Shown: piece after piece, positions 27,717-36,401 of the stretch
How positions within the stretch are numbered: position 1 is the stretch's first letter
Layout: each line of letters opens with the position of its first letter
Origin: a virus
Taxonomy: Duplodnaviria > Caudoviricetes
Strand: one strand, 5' to 3'
Virus record (IMG/VR): IMGVR_UViG_3300015082_000002
Coordinates: 1 to 48,701 of that record
Length of the DNA: 48,701 nucleotides
Position numbers and translations under genes: made by a program
Notes under the pieces: model-generated
Databases searched by the model: none
Told to the model about the DNA's origin: nothing
Seen by the model: only the letters and a program-made list of their open reading frames with translations

Positions 27717-30074
27717 ATGGCAGCACCGGGATACAACCCCTTCTCGGGTGGAGGCTCCACCGCGGCGTACACGCCCTTCGCTGCGGCGGGTGGCGCCCCG
27801 ACGGTTCACCACAACATCCTCGGCAACCTTCTCTCAGACATCAAGTCGACGGCACTCGGCCTCCCGGCTGGGCTCGTCAACATGGCTGAGCACCCCATCA
27901 GCAGCGTCGAGCAGATGGGCAAGTCCACCTGGCACGACTGGGCGCCCCTCGTCCACGGCGACTTCGCCAAGTTCGGGCACCAGTTCGCCGCGCACCCCCT
28001 CGCTCCGATCCTCGACGTCGCCTCGCTGCTGACGGCCGGGGCCGGCGCGGCAGGTATGGGCGCGCGCCTCGCCACGGCGGGGGAAGCGGCCAAGACCTTC
28101 GAGGCTGGCGGCTCGGTCGCGGACATGGGCAAGCTCGCCCGCTTCGGTCGTCCTCAGGAGCTGAACTACGCCAAGAACGTCGCGGCAGACGCAGCCAGTC
28201 AGACCCCTGCGCCCGCGATGGTGCGCCAACTCAGCCGCAACCCGCTCGTGCGGATGCGCCAGCTCGGGTTCCACAACGTCAGCAACCAGCTCGAGCAGCA
28301 CCTTCCCGACTGGTACGGCACGCGCGTCGGCTCGCAGGCGAAGTACGGGCGCATGTTCAACAAGGAAATCTCCCGACGCGACACCGCGCTGCGGAACCAG
28401 ACCAACCAGATCCACTCCGACATCGCCAAGCAGAACGTGGCGCTCACGCCGGCCCAGGCGGTAGCCGTCCACGCCCAGCTCGGGCAGATGACGGAGGCGG
28501 GGCGGATGCTCTCCAACGAGAAGCGCGCCTCGAGCGGCCTCATCATGCAGAACGTCTACGACCAGATACACCACCACGCCATGGTGATCCCGCACCCCGG
28601 CCCGAACGGGCTCGCGCCCGACGGCTTCGCGTTCGTCAAGCGCAACAACGGCAACCTCGCCAAGAACCGCGTCGGCGTCCCCATTGAGCAGCAGCTCAAG
28701 GAAGCCCCCGCGCTGTTCACGACCAAGAACGTCAGCGAGGCAGCGGTCGGCGCCGGCGGACACGGCGTTCGCGTCGTGCCCAGGCGCACCTTCGACATGT
28801 ACGCGAAGGAGGGGGCCGACTCGGCCTCGTTCCTCAAGAAGATGTACACGCAGCCCTCGCGCATCTGGAAGATGGCGCAGGTCGGCTGGTCTCCGCGCAT
28901 GGTCGCTGACACGTCGGTCGGCAACCTCGCCATGTACCTGATGGCGCAGGGCGGGCACCACGCGATACACGGCCTGCTCGACGCCCAGCGCATGGGCCAC
29001 GGCGATGCGGTCGCGTTCCAGGATCTTGTCAAGGGTGTCAAGGCGGCGGACGGCAAGGCCATCCTCGACAAGCACTTCGGGGACATCATCCACTCCACCA
29101 ACGCCTCGAGCCTGATCGGCCCGAACTCCGAGGGCGGGGCAGCGGGTCGGCTGGGCAAGGGCCTCTACGGCGTCGTCCACCGCAACGAGCAGTACCTGAA
29201 GCGCGCCCAGATTTCCGCGGGGCTCCGCGGCTCCGAGGAAGTCAAGGCAATGGCCGCCAAGCACGGCCTGAACATGGGCGACACGAAGCAGTTCTGGCAG
29301 GCATCGAACAAGGCGCTCACCGCGCACCCGGCGCTCGTACGTCGGCTCGCGCACGACGCGCGCACCACCATCGGGGACTACCAGAGCTTCAACGGCACCG
29401 AGAAGGCGATTCGCAACATCGTCCCGTTCTACTCGTGGGACAGGCACATCGCCCGCCACACCCTGAACATGCTCTCCGAGCACCCCGGCCGCGTGGCCGT
29501 GGGCAGCCAGGTTGGTCAGCAGGGCGCGGCGATCACGAACCAGAAGCTCGGCAACATCCCCTCGTTCATGCAGGGCCTACTGCCCCTGTCGATGCTCGGG
29601 ATCAAGGATCACGGCGGACGGGTCGGCGCCATCGACACCGGCGGACTCAACCCGTACTCCTCCGTGCCCAGCCTCATCGACGCAGGTGCCGCCCTCGTAG
29701 GCGGCGGCGGGGTCAAGGCGGGAGACGCCCTCGGCGGCCAGGTGAACCCGATCATCTCGGGACTCGTCGGCGCCGTCACCGGCAAGAACCTCTCGAGCGG
29801 TGCCCCCGTGGCGCAGCACGGCGGGGTCATCCCGACCGTCGCGACGAACATGGTCGACGGCATCCCCGAGTCCAAGATCCTGCGGACGATGATCTTCGGG
29901 CCGCCGCAGCCGAAGCCCAACGCTCGCACCGGCACGGTCAAGCCGTTCCTGTACGACAAGAGCATGACCGAGACCGCCTCGCACTTCGCGGGGCTCCCCA
30001 TCAAGCACGTCAGCCTCGCGGCAGCGTCCGCACTCGCTGACAAGGAGAAGGGGATCAAGAAGCCCAAGTCCTAG
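27717..30074 (+). CDS. Large internal virion (DNA ejection) protein
   Basis: ATG 27717 behind AAGGAGG; EKAIRNIVPFYSW motif typical of large podovirus ejection proteins. Confidence 0.75.
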   Translation: MAAPGYNPFSGGGSTAAYTPFAAAGGAPTVHHNILGNLLSDIKSTALGLPAGLVNMAEHPISSVEQMGKSTWHDWAPLVHGDFAKFGHQFAAHPLAPILDVASLLTAGAGAAGMGARLATAGEAAKTFEAGGSVADMGKLARFGRPQELNYAKNVAADAASQTPAPAMVRQLSRNPLVRMRQLGFHNVSNQLEQHLPDWYGTRVGSQAKYGRMFNKEISRRDTALRNQTNQIHSDIAKQNVALTPAQAVAVHAQLGQMTEAGRMLSNEKRASSGLIMQNVYDQIHHHAMVIPHPGPNGLAPDGFAFVKRNNGNLAKNRVGVPIEQQLKEAPALFTTKNVSEAAVGAGGHGVRVVPRRTFDMYAKEGADSASFLKKMYTQPSRIWKMAQVGWSPRMVADTSVGNLAMYLMAQGGHHAIHGLLDAQRMGHGDAVAFQDLVKGVKAADGKAILDKHFGDIIHSTNASSLIGPNSEGGAAGRLGKGLYGVVHRNEQYLKRAQISAGLRGSEEVKAMAAKHGLNMGDTKQFWQASNKALTAHPALVRRLAHDARTTIGDYQSFNGTEKAIRNIVPFYSWDRHIARHTLNMLSEHPGRVAVGSQVGQQGAAITNQKLGNIPSFMQGLLPLSMLGIKDHGGRVGAIDTGGLNPYSSVPSLIDAGAALVGGGGVKAGDALGGQVNPIISGLVGAVTGKNLSSGAPVAQHGGVIPTVATNMVDGIPESKILRTMIFGPPQPKPNARTGTVKPFLYDKSMTETASHFAGLPIKHVSLAAASALADKEKGIKKPKS

Positions 30075-30087
30075 TAGGAGGTGCCGC

Positions 30088-31149
30088 ATGGCCGATCCGG
30101 TCAACGGACTGATCGACCAGTACGCACCCATGTATCACCTCGACCCGGCGGCCGTGAAGGCCGACGCATCGGGGGAGGGCGGCGTCCACTACGGCGCCGT
30201 CGGGGACAACGGCACCTCGTTCGGCCCGTTCCAGATGCACATCGGCGGGGCGATCCCGAAGCAGTACGCCGTGAGTGCGGCGGCAGCGTCGGCGTTCGCC
30301 AACAGCCCCGCGGGTGTCCAGTACGCGATGCGGCAGATGGCCGCCGGCGGCGCAGCAGGGCTCACGGGCCCCAACGCCGTTGGCGCCATCGTCCGCGGCT
30401 TCGAGAAACCCGCAGACATCCCCGGCGCCATCGCCACCCGCTCGGCCCGCTACGGGCAGTACGCGAGCGGCGGCGTCCCGGTCAACGCGAGCTGGAACCC
30501 CGGCAGCGGCCCAGGCTCCCCGATCAACGGGGGCGGCAGCCCGCTCAACTCCCCGGCCAAGCAGGCGCTCCTCCAGGCGCTCCTATCACACGACCACAGC
30601 CAGGGCGGCGGCCTCGGCGCAGGCGGCCTCATGCAGATGGCCGCAGCCCGCCAGCAGGCGCAGGCCACCCAGCAGCAGTTCGGCACCACCTCCCCGGCCG
30701 GCTCGAGTCAGACCGTGCCGCTCGGCCAGAACCACGCCGTGCAGGTCGCGGGCCCGATGACCCAGCAGGACGCCGGCGCGATCAACCTCGCCAAGCAGTA
30801 CCTCGGATCCGCGTACCACTGGGGCGGCGCCAACCCCACCACGGGGTTCGACTGCTCAGGCCTGCTCCAGTACACCTGGAGCAAGCAGGGAGTCCAGATC
30901 CCGCGCACGACCTACGGCCAGTTCAAGGCTGGCGTGGCCGTCCCGCGCAACGGGCTCCGTCCCGGTGACGCCGTCTTCTTCAAGGGCAGCGACTCCAAGG
31001 TGGGCTCGAACGGTGAGACCCTACCCGGCCACGTCGGTATGTACCTCGGCGGGGGCAAGTTCATCCAGTCCCCGAGCACGGGGGACGTCGTGAAGATCAG
31101 CTACCTGACCAACTCGAAGGACTACATGGGCGCAAGGAGGTACGCATAG
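30088..31149 (+). CDS. Virion-associated peptidoglycan hydrolase (lysozyme-like + NlpC/P60)
   Basis: N-terminal E...GDNGTSFGPFQ...FEKPA; C-terminal YHWGG..GFDCSGL, PGDAVFF, HVGMYLG. Confidence 0.9.
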   Translation: MADPVNGLIDQYAPMYHLDPAAVKADASGEGGVHYGAVGDNGTSFGPFQMHIGGAIPKQYAVSAAAASAFANSPAGVQYAMRQMAAGGAAGLTGPNAVGAIVRGFEKPADIPGAIATRSARYGQYASGGVPVNASWNPGSGPGSPINGGGSPLNSPAKQALLQALLSHDHSQGGGLGAGGLMQMAAARQQAQATQQQFGTTSPAGSSQTVPLGQNHAVQVAGPMTQQDAGAINLAKQYLGSAYHWGGANPTTGFDCSGLLQYTWSKQGVQIPRTTYGQFKAGVAVPRNGLRPGDAVFFKGSDSKVGSNGETLPGHVGMYLGGGKFIQSPSTGDVVKISYLTNSKDYMGARRYA

Positions 31150-31476
31150 GTGGCTGACGGAGACCTGACGATCAAGGAGCTTCTGCTCCAGATCGTGCTT
31201 CCCAAGTTGGACGGCATCGAGCGCAAGCTCGACCAGAAGGCCGACCTGGCCGACCTCGTCGCGCTCGAGACCCGCGTGAACACGGCAGTCCAGAAGGCGC
31301 AGACCGACCTCACTGCCGCGAACCTGCGCATGAACAACCGCGACACCGAGATCGACGGGGCACTCGCCTCGCTGGTCGCCTGGCGCAACCGCACCGTGGG
31401 CGCCCTCGCGCTGCTCACGTTCCTAGGCAGCACGGTCGGTGTTCTCGGCACGCTGTTCGGCCACCTCTTTCCGTAA
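31150..31476 (+). CDS. Coiled-coil membrane protein of the lysis cassette
   Basis: C-terminal transmembrane helix. Confidence 0.65.
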   Translation: MADGDLTIKELLLQIVLPKLDGIERKLDQKADLADLVALETRVNTAVQKAQTDLTAANLRMNNRDTEIDGALASLVAWRNRTVGALALLTFLGSTVGVLGTLFGHLFP

Positions 31477-31498
31477 CCACCTCCAAGGGGAGAACCCA

Positions 31499-31900
31499 TT
31501 GAGTAATCTTGAGCGCGTTGCGCTCTCCGCACTGAAGGCGTTTGCCGGTGCGTCCGGCGCGTTCTTCGTCGCCAACCAGGCCAACCTGATGAGCACGCCC
31601 GGCGGCAGCAAGGTCATCGGCTTCGAGGCGCTCGTCGCCGGACTCGCCGCGGCCTCCAAGGTGATCCAGGTCGCCCTCGAGAAGCAGAAGGCGCGGAAGG
31701 CCGTCAACCAGGCCGACGCGCTCCAGGTGCTGGTCGACTCCTTCTCGGAGCAGGCCACCCCCACGCCGTGGTGGGTGTCCGGCCCCCCGGCTGTCGCTCC
31801 CGCTGTGTGGCAGGAGCCGAAGCTCCCGGTGGCACAGCCCACCTCCCCCGCGACTCCCGGAGACTTCCCGACCACGGGCGATCCCGTCCCGGTGGCGTAG
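31499..31900 (+). CDS. Putative holin
   Basis: TTG 31499; ERVALSALKAFAGA and LVAGLAAA, two hydrophobic helices; directly before the lysin. Confidence 0.6.
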   Translation: MSNLERVALSALKAFAGASGAFFVANQANLMSTPGGSKVIGFEALVAGLAAASKVIQVALEKQKARKAVNQADALQVLVDSFSEQATPTPWWVSGPPAVAPAVWQEPKLPVAQPTSPATPGDFPTTGDPVPVA

Positions 31901-32682
31901 TGTTCCGCGGCTTCGACGCCTCGAACAACAACGGGCACGTCGACTTCGCGGCGGCCCAGTTGCTCGGGCTCACCTTCTGCTACGCCAAGGCCACTGAGGG
32001 CGCGGCGTACGTGGACGGCTTCTACGACGAGTTCCGGCTCGCAGCTCGAGCCCACGGGATGCGCTTCGGCGCGTACCACTTCGCCAAGCCCGGCCAGAGT
32101 GACGGCCGCACGCAGGCCAAGCAGTTCCTACTCCACGCCCAGGTGCGGCGGGGAGACCTGCTGCCCGTGCTCGACTTCGAGGTGGACGACGGCATCCACT
32201 CGACGCGGCAGCTCATCCAGTTCGTCAAGGACTTCAGCGACGAGGTGCTCCGGCAGCTCGGGGCTCGTCCGATCCTCTACACGTTCCCGTCGTTCCGGCC
32301 GGACGTGCTGCCCTACTGCGGGTACGACGCGCTCTGGCTCGCCTGCTCCGCATCGAAGACGAAGATGCTGCCCGCCCGGTGGAACCACTGGGTGCTGTGG
32401 CAGAACGCCGACCACACCGTGAACGTCGGCGGCAAGGGGCTCGACTTCAACCAGGCCCCCAGCCTCGACGCGATCACCTACCTCGGCAGGGTTCCGCACC
32501 CGGTGCCGCCCAAGCGGCCCGTGCCGCCGAAGCCCACGCCGGCCCCGAAGCCGCTCGACCCCCGCGTGGTCGTCGTCGGCCCCAAGGGAGGCGCGATCAC
32601 GGCAGGCCCCGCCACGGCGGTCGCTCGCCTGCTCCCGGCCCTCATCGTGAGGTTCGGCAGCGTCACCATCCGCAAGCACTAG
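31900..32682 (+). CDS. Endolysin, GH25 muramidase
   Basis: GFDASNNNG, YAKATEG, GAYHF, PVLDFE, LWQ motifs; Pro-rich linker. Confidence 0.92.
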   Translation: MFRGFDASNNNGHVDFAAAQLLGLTFCYAKATEGAAYVDGFYDEFRLAARAHGMRFGAYHFAKPGQSDGRTQAKQFLLHAQVRRGDLLPVLDFEVDDGIHSTRQLIQFVKDFSDEVLRQLGARPILYTFPSFRPDVLPYCGYDALWLACSASKTKMLPARWNHWVLWQNADHTVNVGGKGLDFNQAPSLDAITYLGRVPHPVPPKRPVPPKPTPAPKPLDPRVVVVGPKGGAITAGPATAVARLLPALIVRFGSVTIRKH

Positions 32683-32690
32683 CACATCTC

Positions 32691-32727
32691 ATGGCCCCTC
32701 GGCCCCAAACCGAGGGGCCCATTTTGT
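32691..32727 (+). terminator. Terminator ending the late operon
   Basis: GGCCCCTCGG-CCCCAAA-CCGAGGGGCC then CATTTTGT. Confidence 0.8.
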
Positions 32728-32809
32728 GCGTTCACAATCACCCTTGCGGGTGACGGTATCTGCTGTAACTTGAGGCAACACCCACCAACCGCAGGCGAAG
32801 GGGGTCTAC

Positions 32810-32962
32810 GTGGTTGAACCCACAGCAGCGTGGATTGTACTAACCACGACAGACGTTCAGGCACTAGTCGACTGGCACCGCGCGGCGTTCCTAGGGGACG
32901 TCGTCTACTCGCTGCTGGACAGTGAGCTGATCGACCGCATCACCGCTCTCCTCCCGATGTAG
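32810..32962 (+). CDS. Small stand-alone ORF (50 aa)
   Basis: GAAGGGGG + GTG; upstream TTGCGG-16-TAACTT; downstream hairpin. Confidence 0.5.
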   Translation: MVEPTAAWIVLTTTDVQALVDWHRAAFLGDVVYSLLDSELIDRITALLPM

Positions 32963-32967
32963 ATACA

Positions 32968-33001
32968 CTAGGCCCCCTGCTGTAGACCGCAGGGGGCCTA
33001 G
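32968..33001. terminator. 13-bp perfect hairpin
   Basis: CTAGGCCCCCTGC-N8-GCAGGGGGCCTAG. Confidence 0.6.
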
Positions 33002-33033
33002 AGCCTTTGGAACGCTAGTCCTGGGAGTACACC

Positions 33034-33088
33034 CGCTGTACGGCTTGACGCCGCGGCTGACTAGGCACTATGCTGCGATCTGTACAGA
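33034..33088 (+). promoter_or_regulatory. Recombinase promoter flanked by CTGTAC operator-like sites
   Basis: TTGACG-18-TATGCT; GCTGTACGGC upstream, TCTGTACAGA downstream. Confidence 0.65.
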
Positions 33089-33106
33089 ATCCAGCCAGGA
33101 GGAGAG

Positions 33107-33946
33107 ATGTCCGTCGTATTCGACCAGTACGAGGAGCGGTTGCATCGGCTGAACAGGCACGCCAGCACGATCATCGCCTACCGCTCATCCACCCGCCCGC
33201 TCGTGTCCTACCTGTCGGCGCACCGGCTCGACGCCGAGCAGGTCGACTCGGAGACGCTAGAGGAGTACTTCGCCCAGCTCGAGCGCGCACCCAGCACCAA
33301 GCAGCTCCACCTCATGCACATCGGCGCCGCGTACCGCTACGCGCACCGCCGGGGCCTGCTCACCCGCGACCCGACCATCGACGTCCAGCTCGAGCGCGTG
33401 CCCGACAAGGAGCCCGTCACGATCCCGGCCCGCGCGCTGCGGGATATGAAGGCCCGCCTGTCGGGGGATCGGGAGTGGCTGCTCTGGCATCTGCTCGCGT
33501 ACACCGGGATGCGCCGGCATGAGATCCTCGGGCTCAAGTGGGTCGACGGGGTGAAGTTCGAGGACGGGACGATCACGGTGCTCGGGAAGGGCGGCAAGCT
33601 GCGCCACATCCCGATCCACCCCGCGCTCGGGGAGGCGCTCCACGACGCGGGCCCGCGGGAGGGCGAGTGGGTGCTGCGCGGGCAGCGGCGCTACGGGGAG
33701 CCGCGCGCCACAGCGCAGGGCACCTTCCACCGCGTGCTCGACGCGATCACCGAGTCGAAGTACACGGCGCACGACTTCCGGCGCACGGTGGCCAGCTCGC
33801 TCTATGCGAACGGGGTCGACGGCGACACCATCGACAAGATCCTCGGCTGGAGCCCGCGCGTGGTGCGCACCCGCTACTACGTGAGCGTGGCGCCGGCTCA
33901 GTTACAGCGGGCGATCCTCAAGCTCTACGCGGACGGGCCGATCTAG
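33107..33946 (+). CDS. int: Tyrosine recombinase/integrase
   Basis: TGMR, GKGGK, HDFRR, LGWS, RYY: complete catalytic set. 279 aa, no arm-binding domain. Confidence 0.93.
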   Translation: MSVVFDQYEERLHRLNRHASTIIAYRSSTRPLVSYLSAHRLDAEQVDSETLEEYFAQLERAPSTKQLHLMHIGAAYRYAHRRGLLTRDPTIDVQLERVPDKEPVTIPARALRDMKARLSGDREWLLWHLLAYTGMRRHEILGLKWVDGVKFEDGTITVLGKGGKLRHIPIHPALGEALHDAGPREGEWVLRGQRRYGEPRATAQGTFHRVLDAITESKYTAHDFRRTVASSLYANGVDGDTIDKILGWSPRVVRTRYYVSVAPAQLQRAILKLYADGPI

Positions 33947-33950
33947 CCAT

Positions 33951-34011
33951 AGCCGGGGGGCCGGACACCCACCACGGCACCGACCCCCCGGCTGTCGCTC
34001 CGTGGTGGGTG
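33951..34011. repeat. Rearranged copy of holin 31765-31800 (28-bp inverted, 18-bp and 12-bp direct)
   Basis: Exact matches read from the sequence. Confidence 0.9.
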
Positions 34012-34038
34012 AGCGCCGAGCCTACACCCCCTACAACG

Positions 34039-34078
34039 AGAAAAAGGCCCCCGAGACCAGTGAAGGTCTCGGGGGCCT
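34039..34078 (-). terminator. Intrinsic terminator of the replication arm
   Basis: AGGCCCCCGAGACC-loop-GGTCTCGGGGGCCT then TTTTCTC on minus. Confidence 0.85.
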
Positions 34079-34113
34079 ATCTGTCCACCCCGCCAGGAGT
34101 GGAGGCAGGTAGT

Positions 34114-34770
34114 CTACTCGACGCGATCGATGAAGCCCAGCTCGAGGGCCTCGGCGGCGTCCATCCAGTCGTCCGTCTTCTTCCAGCGGCGGCTGATCTG
34201 CGCCTTGTTCAGCTTCGTCCGCTTGGTGTAGATCTCCAGGATGCGATCCTGGAGCCGGCGGATGAACTTCAGCTCGTCCTCCATGTCGGAGGTCTTGCCC
34301 CCGGAGCGCGCGCTGATCTCGTGCACCATGAACCAGGCGTTGGCGTCCAGGATGCGCTCGTCGCCCGCCTGCATCAGGACGGTCGCCATCGAGGCGATCA
34401 TGCCGATGCCGTGCGTGGTGACGTAGTGGCCCTTGCGGCGCAGCCGCAGGATCGTGTCGAACAGGGCGAAGCCGTCGAGGACATCCCCGCCCGGCGAGTT
34501 GATCCTGATCGTGATCGGCTGGCCGGGGTCACGGCGCTCCCAGTGCTCGAGCCGTGCGATCCACTCGTCCACCTGGGCGCCGTAGATCGGCCCGTTGATG
34601 TTGAGCTGTCGGTAGTCGCGGGCGCCGGGGCGCGCGAGACGGTCGGCCTCCTTGTCGCGGGACTCGCGAAGGTCGATGTCCATCATCTCGCCCTGGATCT
34701 GCTCGGTGCGGATCTCCGCGCGGATGAGTTCGGCCCTCAGAGCCCGGAGGTCTAGTTCTTCGACGGCGAT
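34114..34770 (-). CDS. clpP: ClpP-family serine protease (ATC 34770 or ATG 34686 start)
   Basis: INSPGGDV, IASMA (Ser), FMVHE (His), DDWMDAAEALELGFID. Confidence 0.9.
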   Translation of the reverse strand: MAVEELDLRALRAELIRAEIRTEQIQGEMMDIDLRESRDKEADRLARPGARDYRQLNINGPIYGAQVDEWIARLEHWERRDPGQPITIRINSPGGDVLDGFALFDTILRLRRKGHYVTTHGIGMIASMATVLMQAGDERILDANAWFMVHEISARSGGKTSDMEDELKFIRRLQDRILEIYTKRTKLNKAQISRRWKKTDDWMDAAEALELGFIDRVE

Positions 34771-34946
34771 GGATCCTCCTTCGTCATTTTCCCGCGGAGC
34801 ACGATGGCCTCCACGATCAGGTCGTCTAGCTGGTCACGGTCGAGCTGGAGCTGGAGCCAGCCGTCGGTGATCTCGGCCTGCCAGTACTCCTCGGCGGTCA
34901 GCGTCAGCAGCCCGACGTGGAGTTTGTCGGCGCTCAGGGCCGCCAC
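34752..34946 (-). CDS. Hypothetical protein
   Basis: Coupled ORF, 3' part of 34752..35078. Confidence 0.6.
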   Translation of the reverse strand: MAALSADKLHVGLLTLTAEEYWQAEITDGWLQLQLDRDQLDDLIVEAIVLRGKMTKEDPSPSKN

Positions 34947-35512
34947 ATCTCGGGAGGACGGAGCATCCCGTGCTCCAGCATCAGCTTCCGAAGCTGCTTG
35001 TGCTGCCGGATGTCCCCGACGACGCGGCGCTTCGTCTCCGCGATGCCCTCGGGGGTCAGGCGGTTGGCGGAGCGCCACATCGCCTGCGTCATGTGGTACT
35101 TCGGGGCGGTCACCCCGAGCATGTCCGACAGCGACTCCTGGGACGCGGAGATCCCGCTGCGCGTCCGCATGTGCACCTTCGTGTCCGACGTCAGCTTCGG
35201 GGACAGCGGCGGCAGATGATGTTCCATCAGCGCGCCGTTGATGATCGGCAGGTCGTGCCGGCGGATGTAGTGCCCGGTCACGATGTCGGCCTCGTCGTAC
35301 AACTTGACGAACTCGACCAGCATCTCCTTCTGGGAGTGCTCCCCGAGCAACCAGACGGCGATCTTGGACTCGCCCTCGAACCCCGCCGCGATGGCGGTGA
35401 TGTCCGACGTGGTGAAGTCCATTCCCAGGTACGACAGCGGGCGGTTCTCGATGTCGAAGTCGAGGATCTTCAGCTTCGCGCCAGGCACCAGCAGGCTAGG
35501 CGAGGACGCCAT
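34934..35512 (-). CDS. RNase H-fold (DnaQ/YprB-like) exonuclease
   Basis: ILDFDIE, ADIVTGHYIRRHDLP, VVGDI. Confidence 0.8.
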   Translation of the reverse strand: MASSPSLLVPGAKLKILDFDIENRPLSYLGMDFTTSDITAIAAGFEGESKIAVWLLGEHSQKEMLVEFVKLYDEADIVTGHYIRRHDLPIINGALMEHHLPPLSPKLTSDTKVHMRTRSGISASQESLSDMLGVTAPKYHMTQAMWRSANRLTPEGIAETKRRVVGDIRQHKQLRKLMLEHGMLRPPEMWRP

Positions 35513-35741
35513 CCAGCTCCTCTGCCAGGATCTCCTCGATGCGTCTGAGATGCGCCGGCCCCAGCTCGAGCAGCGTGCCGGCCCCGAGCGAGGTCTCGAA
35601 CTGATCCTGAAGCTCCGGGAGGATCCGGTTCACTGCCCGTGCCTTTGCCCGTGAGGCGCGCAGGTTGGCGATGTACTGCACGGCAACGCGGATGTCCCCC
35701 CACGCAAGGTCGGCCTGGGTCTTCTTGGTGTAGCGGGCTAT
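35496..35741 (-). CDS. Hypothetical protein, probable ATA start
   Basis: AAGGAG-5 nt-ATA overlapping the upstream TAG. Confidence 0.6.
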   Translation of the reverse strand: MARYTKKTQADLAWGDIRVAVQYIANLRASRAKARAVNRILPELQDQFETSLGAGTLLELGPAHLRRIEEILAEELDGVLA

Positions 35742-35929
35742 GAGTTCTCCTTCAGTCGGATGTCCATGCGCGACAGGTACTCGCGCAGGCGGAAGCGGCG
35801 GGCTCGGGCCCGCCCTTTGGCGGTCAGTAGGTACGCGCGCTGGCGTGCCTGGTTCTTGGTTCGGCAGCGCCACCTAGGGCCATTGGGGGCCATCGGCTCG
35901 CCGTGGCAAGCGCAGAGCGGCGGGGTCAC
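35738..35929 (-). CDS. Small basic Cys-containing protein
   Basis: GTGA-coupled. Confidence 0.55.
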   Translation of the reverse strand: MTPPLCACHGEPMAPNGPRWRCRTKNQARQRAYLLTAKGRARARRFRLREYLSRMDIRLKENS

Positions 35930-36105
35930 GAGACCTCGCGCACCTCGACCAGGAAGCGGCGGACGGGCGCATCCTCGTCACGCCCCTGAAGCCCCCGGCG
36001 GACGGAGGCTTCATCGACGTCGAGGTGCTTGGCGATGAGGCGATTGGACATGCCCTGATCGCGCAGCGCCTCGTAGACCACTGGCGCGAACTTCGGCTTG
36101 CTCAA
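35926..36105 (-). CDS. Small HTH protein (59 aa, absent from ORF track)
   Basis: GGAGG + TTG; LRDQGMSNRLIAKHLDVDEASVRRGL. Confidence 0.75.
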   Translation of the reverse strand: MSKPKFAPVVYEALRDQGMSNRLIAKHLDVDEASVRRGLQGRDEDAPVRRFLVEVREVS

Positions 36106-36401
36106 TCCGTACCTCCGTTGGCGTAGTAGTGGGTCTCCTCGACGGCACGGCGGTACCGCTTCGAGACCGTGGACTGGCGTACCTGGAGGAGACGGGCCGT
36201 CTCCATCTGGGACAGGCCGATCAGGCCGTGCAGGAGAACCACCTCCCAGTACTCGTCCGGGAGCTTCTCCAGCGCGCTGTTGATGTCGGCCTGGAGAGCC
36301 AGCCAGCTCAGCCCCCGGCGGTTCGTATCGACCCGCTCGGTGACCAGTTGGTAGTTCTCCAGCAGAGCCTCCACCTCATCCAGGCTGTAGTTCTGCGTCA
36401 C
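36102..36401 (-). CDS. Sigma-70 region 4 domain protein
   Basis: ALEKLPDEYWEVVLLHGLIGLSQMETARLLQVRQSTVSKRYRRA; GTGA-coupled start. Confidence 0.8.
   Translation of the reverse strand: MTQNYSLDEVEALLENYQLVTERVDTNRRGLSWLALQADINSALEKLPDEYWEVVLLHGLIGLSQMETARLLQVRQSTVSKRYRRAVEETHYYANGGTD

Noticed and set aside
11460-29483. Long antisense ORFs (e.g. 13673-15202, 24006-26249, 27834-29483)
   Set aside because: Shadow ORFs from high-GC codon bias opposite well-supported genes.
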